A stretch of 64,000 nt of DNA from positions 1-64,000 of the IMG/VR virus record IMGVR_UViG_3300005611_000013. One strand, given 5' to 3'. The notes under the pieces are model-generated. The model saw only the letters and a program-made list of their open reading frames with translations. It searched no databases and was not told the origin of the DNA. The stretch's first letter is position 1. Every line of letters starts with the position of its first letter. This DNA comes from a virus. Taxonomy: Duplodnaviria; Caudoviricetes. The translations under genes were made by a program, and so were the position numbers. This document shows positions 40,841 to 48,125 of the stretch, one piece after another.

Positions 40841-41577
40841 TATACATTCTCTGCTCTTTCTAGTGCGGTGCGAATCAGATCTTTCACTGTTATACCATGC
40901 TCGTTCGCCAAGTCAAGAGCATTTTCTCTCATGGGTTTAGATAAAACCGCCATGTGTGACGATAATACTCTCAGAATAAAAAATATAGCAGATTCTTTAT
41001 CCATATCACATCTCCTAAGTACTCATGCGCTCTTCATATATTTCAGCCACTCTTTGTCGGATCTCCACCCATTCTTCAAGGGTGTCAAACTCAGCAAGTT
41101 GTTCTGCAAGTTCCTCGCCAGTGTAACACTCAACTATATACTGTCCCCACGTATGGTAGTTTTCTTCTGCGAGAATCTTAGCCTCACCAATATCTGCCAG
41201 AGTTACTTTCATCATCTTCTCCAAAGTATATTAAAACACCCAGGTAGGACTCGCACCTCAGTACAGTATCTTACCAGAAACACTAGGCTATGTCAAGTGA
41301 TAAGATAGCCTATCTGTACTCCATCTTGCTTGGCTGGGCGATGCTTTGATTATACACTCTATATCGGCACTGTCAAGCGGAATCTTGAGCGTTTTTTGGC
41401 TGACTACCCATTTTCCCATGATATGTCAGGATAGGGCTGTACACCCCTATTCATTTGTACATCAGTGTAAATCTGTACACTACTGTACACCCGTACATCT
41501 AGTGTACATTACCCATCTCCTGTACACCTATCCATTCTACCATATCATCGGCACATGTCAAGTCTGAACTTGAGTGA

Positions 41578-41659
41578 CGTAAGTCCTTTGTTTTCAAGTA
41601 CTTACGACACAAAACCCCCCGCCCCGGTGACGTAAGTCCTTTGATACCAACGACTTACG
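41578..41659. repeat. Palindrome doublet A5 (41578-41606, 41631-41659)
   Basis: Same architecture, 53 bp. Confidence 0.95.
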
Positions 41660-42688
41660 ACTCGCGGGGGTTCTTGGTGAACAAACGTACACTATACGTC
41701 AAGTTTCAGCATTAATATAACCATACAAAATGAGGATAAAAACAATAACAGGCACAATGTTAAAAATACCATTATACATTAATATCCTCAATACTATGTT
41801 GTGCTATTTCATGCCAATCAACATTACTCAACGCGCTCATGATCAAATCGTCGTATAGTCCAGTTACATTTTCAAGTTCGTAGTTATCTTCAAAATGCTC
41901 CTTCAAGTATTCCGCGAGAAGTATAGCAGTCTCTTCTTCCTTTGTAAAATACTGCTGCTCTTCAGCCATACTATAGGCTTCTTTTACCATCTCAGCAAAG
42001 AACTGTTGAGACTCTGGATCATTATTCATCCAAGTATAAACAATCCAAGTTTCATAGTTCGCCCAACCATTATGCTTTTCTGACATTATTATTCTCCTAT
42101 TTTATCCAAGCGTAGGAACGTTCCCAACGTTTCATAATATAACTATGGCTCTTACTATAATGGCGAACCAGACCACCACCAGTAGGCCAAAACTTGCCGA
42201 TATAATACATTCCCTTGGCGGGATCGTACCATACTGAAACACCTTCACGATTTGGGCGTGTTACAAGGTACCGCTTGTCAGTGTAAGTGTTGCTCATTGT
42301 GTTCTTTCCTTGTGGTTGGTGTTGGAGTATTGCAAGGTTATCCATATTCTTTTCTTTTCCTTTTCTCAGATTCTACCAGATATTTTTGTGCTGTCAACGG
42401 GGAACGTTTGTTCACCCTCCCCATTCTTCTGTGATAACCTCACAATGCTCATGGCAGCATGGGCAAAGTTCGTGATCGGCTTCAACGCTATCCATGTACT
42501 CTCCACAGCAGTCGCTAATGAACAGAGTGACAGGGGTGAACGTCTCTTCACACTGAACGTTTGTGCTGAACTTCATCATGGTCTGAATTCCTTTGGTTTC
42601 CTTACTGATCATGCCCTGAGTCTATCAGATATATCGGCACCCGTCAAGCACTTTCTTCAAAGATTTTTCGGATTATTTTTTTCTTCTT

Positions 42689-42744
42689 TGGTACGCGGTT
42701 TGCTCGTGCAAATCTCATGCCAAAACTTTTGGCACGGTTTTCGC
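42689..42744. promoter_or_regulatory. sigma54 box triplet (+,-,+)
   Basis: TGGTACGCGGTTTGC (+42689), TGGCATGAGATTTGC (-42722), TGGCACGGTTTTCGC (+42730). Confidence 0.72.
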
Positions 42745-42756
42745 CTCTCCGAGTGA

Positions 42757-42785
42757 CGTAAGTGGTTGAAAATAAAGGACTTACG
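42757..42785. repeat. Single palindrome A6 followed by a G-rich linker
   Basis: CGTAAGT-GGTTGAAAATAAAGG-ACTTACG then ACTCGGGCGGCGGGG. Confidence 0.92.
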
Positions 42786-44040
42786 ACTCGGGCGGCGGGG
42801 CCCCGTAGTGTACAGGTGTTCAGTACTGTACACCTTGGGGGTGAACGGGATCGGGTAGTGTACATATGTCTACCTACTGAATGGGTGTTCAGTCCTCCCA
42901 CAGTGAACGTTCGTTCAGGATGTTGTCTTCGTCCATGTAGAATGCTAGAGTCTTCGCTCTAGTTTCGGCCTCATGGTCGCGGGCTGTTTTCCGCTTCAAC
43001 TTTTCTGACCTACGATCAAGCCAAGCCTCATAGTCGGCATCGCTCACCGTCCAATCCATCTCCTCTGCGGTGATTTCGGGACCGCGAAAATCTTCCAGAG
43101 CGTCAAAGAACTCTTCCCCCTCTGGAAGGGAGACGTTCTCTGTTTCTCTTTTGAGTTCTGCGATGGCTGCGTTGAACTCTTCAATGGTCAAGATTTTGTA
43201 GTTGATATTTTGCATTTTCTTTCCTTTTCCTTTTCTTCCTTTTCCCAAGTCTACCAGATATTTTTCGGCTGTCAACACTGAACACTTGTTCAGTATTCTA
43301 CTGGTGAACTGTTGAACAGCAGATAGAACACGACGAAAAACAGAACGATTGAAAGCACACTGAACATTTTTTCACCTCTCAGCAATCGGGGTCAAAACTC
43401 TGCCATTCATCATACTCGGTGGGTTGCCCATCGTCAACCTCAAAATCGTAAAATCCGTCGGAATCCTCATCTTCTGGCTCTGGCGAATAATCGTCCAGAA
43501 CAGCAATCTCCTCAAAACTTTTCATAATCCTAGCAAATGCTTCGGGGCTAACCTGAAACGGGCTTTCCATTTTCTTTCCTTTTCCTTTGTGGTGTCCTGA
43601 TTCTACCAGATATTTTTTAGGCTGTCAACACTGAACACTTGTTCAGGCTTCACAGAAAACCTTTTCAAGATGTAGAGTTGTCTTTGCATTGGCGATCCAT
43701 CCTTCTGGAATCAGACCATAGGCTTCATCGGCATTGATGGAATCAATGAATCCGACCTTCCGATCTCCATCCCAAACCGAGAATCCGGTTTGAATCAATC
43801 CATGTTGTGAACGTGGCTTCCACGTTCCGTGAATGTGAGAAGTACGGGCAATCTTGCGAACTAGTGAACGTTTCATTTTTCTTTCCTTTTCCTTTTCCTT
43901 TTCCTGATTCTACCAAAGTTTTTTTTGCTTGTCAACACTGAAAACTTGTTCAGTAGTTGTCGGGAAGGGTGATCCAAAACAGGAAGGCCAACCCCGAGAG
44001 AATGATGATTGTGATGATGTTTTCCATGCTAGAATATAGT

Positions 44041-44055
44041 GCGAATGCCGTGCCA
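44041..44055 (-). promoter_or_regulatory. sigma54 box TGGCACGGCATTCGC
   Basis: GG-N10-GC spacing; enhancer-like triplet about 100-180 bp upstream of its predicted start. Confidence 0.6.
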
Positions 44056-44126
44056 AACCCTGAAAAATATTTTTGTGCTTTTTTCCCGTGTTTTACGCAC
44101 ATTTTTTTTCGTGCCTATTTTTTAGG

Positions 44127-44207
44127 CGTAGCATTTTGCAACAGTGGTGTAGCATTTTGCGTCACTGTTTTCCCGAGTGAAATCGCAAAGTGTAGCATTT
44201 TGCAACA
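44127..44207. repeat. Three phased near-palindromes TGTAGCATTTTGCAACA
   Basis: Copies at 44127, 44148, 44191 (offsets 21 and 43 bp). Confidence 0.85.
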
Positions 44208-44262
44208 CCCCCCACTGGTGGTAACGCTTTTGGGCTGCTCACAGATTAGGCAGTGCGTTTTT

Positions 44263-44344
44263 TGGCACGGAAGTTGCTGTAGTGTGCAAATATCATGCCA
44301 AACGCTATCCGTCCGGTTTGGGTGAGACATGGCACGGCGTTTGC
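44263..44344. promoter_or_regulatory. sigma54 box triplet (+,-,+)
   Basis: TGGCACGGAAGTTGC (+44263), TGGCATGATATTTGC (-44300), TGGCACGGCGTTTGC (+44330). Confidence 0.78.
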
Positions 44345-44356
44345 CATGGCAAGTGA

Positions 44357-44438
44357 CGTAAGTCCTTATATATCAACGACTTACGACTCGGGCGGCGGGG
44401 CTTCAGCGACGTAAGTCCTTTATTCCCAAGGGTTTACG
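44357..44438. repeat. Palindrome doublet A7 (44357-44385, 44410-44438)
   Basis: 53 bp; linker in G-rich orientation. Confidence 0.95.
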
Positions 44439-45478
44439 TCACCGCCCGCTAGCCACTGTACATACGTTCAGGTATCCATCTGTTCAGCGTATGCCTCATC
44501 CATCATCATCATCTCTAGTGTACGCCTGTTCAGTTCTTCCATGTGTTCAGCATGTTCAGCCGATTCAGTGTACAGACGTTCATCTTCACACATTCCGGGG
44601 TAGTAGGTGTCCATGTGTATAGTGCTCCTTTGTTCAGTTGGAGGATTCGGGATACCAGTGGAGACGAAGTTGGTTCGCACAGTTTGCAATCAAGTTGCGA
44701 TGAAACTGGCGGTCATACTCATCAAGATCCCAACGTTCTAGGCAGATCTGGCTCTGCTTGATGGCAGAGATGAGATCCTGCACTTCATAGTCAAGATCTG
44801 AAAATCGGAATCCGGGGGTTTGTGCAACGCTCATTTTTCTTTCCTTTTCCTTTGTGATGCTCTGATTCTACCAGAGATTTTCTTGCTCGTCAACACTGAA
44901 CATGTGTTCAGTCAAGGTACTCTAGGCCAGTAATCTTGTCTTCGTGAAACGTCTTCGTCTCACCGCTGGTCAACAGTACGGTGATGCAGTAAACGTTTTT
45001 CAGTGAACGAAACCGGCTCACCACTTCACCGTCGCGGGCCTTGCCATTGTAGAAAAAGCGGATTCTTGGGTTTTTCATGTCTTTCATCTCCTTGGGTATG
45101 TCCTGATTCTACCAAATGTTTTTCGGGCTGTCAACACTGAACAGGTGTTCAGATCAGATCGTTCACCAGTTCGTTGCCATTCTGGTCAACGATCCTGAAC
45201 TCTGTAGCGTGGTCGCTACCTTCCCAATCGCCACGGACAATGTTTTCCAGCATGGCGGCATTGCTGTGAGTGGTGTACCCAATCACTTCGCCATAGATGT
45301 CATAGATACGGGCGATGAACAGAGGTGTAGTTGTGAAGTTCATTTTCTTTTCCTTTTCTTTCTTTTCCTTACTTCTTATATCGGCATTCTACCAAAGATT
45401 CTTGAATCCGCAATACTGAACAAATGTTTTTTTGTGTCAAGATTTCTTGACAAAGATCGCAGCAAGATTGCGGTCGTT

Positions 45479-45534
45479 TGGCACGCAGTGTGCTATTGCA
45501 AATATCGTGCCAAACTTTTTGGCATGGAAAATGC
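45479..45534. promoter_or_regulatory. sigma54 box triplet (+,-,+)
   Basis: TGGCACGCAGTGTGC (+45479), TGGCACGATATTTGC (-45512), TGGCATGGAAAATGC (+45520). Confidence 0.75.
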
Positions 45535-45546
45535 GTCCCGAAGTGA

Positions 45547-45628
45547 CGTAAGTCCTTTCATATCAACGACTTACGACTCGGGCGGCGGGGCCGCGATGAC
45601 GTAAGTCCTTTATTCCCAAGGGTTTACG
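45547..45628. repeat. Palindrome doublet A8 (45547-45575, 45600-45628)
   Basis: 53 bp; near copy of A7. Confidence 0.95.
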
Positions 45629-46404
45629 TCTCACGGTGGCGAACGCGGTGTACATGCGTCTACCTAGTGTACAGTTGTGAGTACTGAACAGATGTCTACC
45701 TGTACATGCGAATCCCCCTCATTAGAGAGAGGATTCTAGAAGGTGATGGTCAACCTGATTCTCATAGAAGTTGCGATACTCTCCACCTTCAAGGCGAACG
45801 CAAATCAAGGCACCCCTCTGGTAGAGATCCTCTGAACGATCCTCGCGGATGCTCATGATCTCGCCAGTGTACCGGTTTCCACTCTTGGAAACCCATTCCA
45901 CACTGTCACCGATCTTGTAGCGGTTTGAAGCGTTGACGTTGATGAAGTTTTTCATTTTTCTTTCCTTTGGTTTCTTTCTTCTTCTTCTATTCTACACTAT
46001 CGGCTTTTGGGTGTCAACCCCTTGAATGGATTTTTTTCAGCAGGCCAACGCTCCTGCTTGGCGTAGGATGGACATGCTGTACATGTTTTCATCACCATCC
46101 CACTTTTCCCAAGCCGCTGTTTCGGCTTCTTCCTTTGTCTGGAATGGACCAATGTAGTCCAGTTCGCATTCCCAAGCATCCATCACGAGAGCGTAGTAGT
46201 TGTAGATCATTTTCTGTTTCCTTTTCTTCTTTCTTTCCTTTTCTCTATTCTAGACTATCGGCAATCCGCTGTCAACCCCTTGAGGATTTTTTTTTCGGAT
46301 TTTTTTTGCCTCTCGTCTTTCCCTCTCAACTATGCCACCATTATACCAAACGATCCAGATTTGTCAATACTGTACAAATGTTTTTTTGGGATTTTTTTTT
46401 GTGT

Positions 46405-46442
46405 GCAAATATCATGCCAAAAATCATTGGCACGGCAAATGC
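46405..46442. promoter_or_regulatory. sigma54 box pair (-,+)
   Basis: TGGCATGATATTTGC (-46419), TGGCACGGCAAATGC (+46428). Confidence 0.75.
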
Positions 46443-46454
46443 GTCTGAAAGTGA

Positions 46455-46536
46455 CGTAAGTTGTTGGTATCAAAGGACTTACGACGCTGGCGGCGGGATG
46501 GCAGATACGTAAGTCTAGGCATATCAACCACTTACG
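46455..46536. repeat. Palindrome doublet A9 (46455-46483, 46508-46536)
   Basis: 53 bp; last unit before the strand switch. Confidence 0.95.
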
Positions 46537-46700
46537 ACTCATGGTAAGATGGGTGGGGTGGGGGTTTTATCTTCAAAAGTGAACTTGGGTAAAATGGCGA
46601 AAAAGCCCGGGGTGGTTCAAACAAAATAACCCCAATCAAATTAATATGTCTTACCCGATCTCTTCAGATAGACCCTAAGAGTTGCTAAATATTACCGCAA

Positions 46701-46710
46701 TGTGTATAAT
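46701..46710 (+). promoter_or_regulatory. Putative phage late-promoter motif TGTGTATAAT
   Basis: Same motif at 54212, 56294, 59375 (+) and 4591, 11422, 19954, 22253 (-), each upstream of a gene start. Confidence 0.6.
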
Positions 46711-46730
46711 ATCACTAGGAGGAAACAACT

Positions 46731-46904
46731 ATGAAACAGAAGAAACAAATAGACTGTCAATTGAATTGCAAAGCGACCGCATCTTTGTCGTTAGAAGTAT
46801 TAAACGATTTAAATCAAGAAGATCGCCCCATTGCATCCATAATTAACGACGAACGAAGTGAGGATGACGATGAAGTTAAAAACATCCAGAATCCAAGCAC
46901 TTGA
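46731..46904 (+). CDS. Small hypothetical protein (MKQKKQIDCQ...)
   Basis: RBS AGGAGG, read manually, 57 aa. Confidence 0.55.
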   Translation: MKQKKQIDCQLNCKATASLSLEVLNDLNQEDRPIASIINDERSEDDDEVKNIQNPST

Positions 46905-47634
46905 AAAGGGTCTACCAACTAACACATCCGATATAGAACTACTAGGCACAGAAGCCCTAATAGTAGATAAAGATTACGCACAGCTAATTGAACAAAAAGA
47001 AATAAGCTCATCCACAAATAGTTTTATTTCACTATTTGGCATTAACACAAAGTTCTTTTACTCTATAACGTTAGTATGCGAAGATCACGGTTTCACTGAA
47101 CGTGGCTTGGGCTATGTATCTGAAAACGAAGGTAAATTCTTCTTAAAAAGATTCCGCCCCTTCTACATGATAGACAACGGCATTCCCATCCCCCTTCTCA
47201 AACCCAGGCCCGTTGTCTGCTCCCATAACGATTATGTTATGGTATCTTCATACGTACCAACAACATTCGTTGAGGTACTTACTGAAGCTAATTCTGTTAT
47301 TACGTCTGAATCGCCCCACCTCCCAACATCCGTTGTCGTTAATAAGAACTCCGTTCTTGGAAGACATGACGGTAATCTGGAGTCTTTGCCCCTTGACTCA
47401 CTTGTTGGAGAAGAATCGGCCCGTAAGTCCGTAACAGACTACAATAAAAATTTATCTTTAAAAAGCCCAAAGGTTGATATTAAACGTTTGACAGCCAATA
47501 ACATCCAACTTAACACAATGAAAAATGCCCCTGAACGAAAAGGCGTTATATATTATGATGAAACAGACGACTGTATTAAATACTATGACGGTACTAAGTG
47601 GAGATCGCTAGTGTGGCAAGAGGACGGCCCATGA
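46858..47634 (+). CDS. Hypothetical protein, virion-type C-terminal motif
   Basis: KGVIYYDETDDCIKYYDGTKW terminal motif. Confidence 0.6.
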   Translation: MRMTMKLKTSRIQALEKGLPTNTSDIELLGTEALIVDKDYAQLIEQKEISSSTNSFISLFGINTKFFYSITLVCEDHGFTERGLGYVSENEGKFFLKRFRPFYMIDNGIPIPLLKPRPVVCSHNDYVMVSSYVPTTFVEVLTEANSVITSESPHLPTSVVVNKNSVLGRHDGNLESLPLDSLVGEESARKSVTDYNKNLSLKSPKVDIKRLTANNIQLNTMKNAPERKGVIYYDETDDCIKYYDGTKWRSLVWQEDGP

Positions 47635-48125
47635 AAATACCCCAAGGAATGAACGAACAACAAGTGGTTGAACAAATTAACATTGTCGTTAATAGGATTT
47701 CGCCCAAGTACACATTTAAGGGGTACGAGGTTGAGGATATAAAACAAGAGGCTTTTATGATATGTATGGACGCCCTTGACCGTTATGACGCAAGTCGGCC
47801 CCTTGAGAATTTCTTATCAGTACATCTTTCTAATAGATTGAAGAATTTTGTAAGAGATAACTTCTTCGTCAAAGACGACGAAGATAAGAAGAGGGTACTG
47901 GCCCCAAAGCAATTACCACATGACGATCAAATTCTTGACAGGGAATGCAATATAGATGATAAGCTGGATATGGGCGACATAAAAATAATAATAGACCGCT
48001 TTTTGCCCGTTGAGCTTCGGTCTGATTACTTAAAGTTCACAAGTGAAGCTTATATACCAAAGAAAAGAAAACTTTATCTTATTGAGGTAATACGTGAAAT
48101 TCTAAAGGAGAATGGTTATGCGTAA
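47598..48125 (+). CDS. Phage sigma-70-like factor (region 2-like)
   Basis: EVEDIKQEAFMICMDALDRYD.SRPLENFLSVHLSNRLKNFVRD. Confidence 0.72.
   Translation: MEIASVARGRPMKIPQGMNEQQVVEQINIVVNRISPKYTFKGYEVEDIKQEAFMICMDALDRYDASRPLENFLSVHLSNRLKNFVRDNFFVKDDEDKKRVLAPKQLPHDDQILDRECNIDDKLDMGDIKIIIDRFLPVELRSDYLKFTSEAYIPKKRKLYLIEVIREILKENGYA

Larger units (their letters stand above)
42402..45150. promoter_or_regulatory. LexA-like GAAC-N4-GTTC boxes abutting sigma70 -35 elements
   Basis: 42402, 43280, 43633, 43940 (GAAA variant), 44898, 45139; further G(A/T)AC-N4-GT(A/T)C copies at 33929, 33964, 38326, 38557, 41679, 42810, 42905, 44458. Confidence 0.7.
41015..45955 (-). other. Array of single-gene cassettes, each with its own sigma70 promoter and purine-rich leader
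   Basis: 41015..41224, 41772..42086, 42097..42345, 42412..42612, 42889..43278, 43379..43570, 43643..43876, 44468..44689, 44634..44834, 44908..45087 (MKDMKNPRIR..., read manually), 45149..45343, 45722..45955. Confidence 0.7.
33194..46367 (-). promoter_or_regulatory. Series of about 20 leftward sigma70 promoters (TTGAC[A/G/T]-N16/17-TA[G/T]A[A/C]T, often with extended -10 TG)
   Basis: -10/-35 pairs read at 33194/33216, 34022/34045, 35724/35746, 38400/38422, 39315/39337, 40228/40250, 41349/41371, 41534/41556, 42370/42392, 42619/42642, 43248/43270, 43600/43623, 43907/43930, 44865/44888, 45106/45129, 45989/46012, 46247/46270, 46340/46362. Confidence 0.85.

Noticed and set aside
887-46512. Many plus-strand ORFs in the track over 1-46 kb (e.g. 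18130..18579, 33088..33522, 45116..45604, 45967..46512)
   Set aside because: Antisense shadows of real genes or promoter DNA, with no RBS and Phe/Leu/Ser-rich composition. Only the two HNH genes (27168, 30227) are supported on +.
34051-46536. Doublets as mini-CRISPR arrays (repeat-spacer-repeat)
   Set aside because: The repeat cores vary while the 24-nt linkers resemble each other, the opposite of CRISPR; no cas genes are in the window. A repeat-mimic RNA role is not excluded.
34051-46536. Canonical integron attC sites or Xer dif sites
   Set aside because: No RYYYAAC/GTTRRRY ends, the 15-nt spacer is too long for a tyrosine-recombinase core (6-8 nt), and no integrase is visible
34051-46536. 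REP/REPIN elements mobilised by a RAYT
   Set aside because: The doublet form is similar, but no TnpA-Y1/RAYT gene is seen and the copies are confined to one regulatory region at fixed offsets to promoter boxes; kept only as a remote alternative
46548-46565. G-quadruplex at the strand switch
   Set aside because: Only three runs of three or more G
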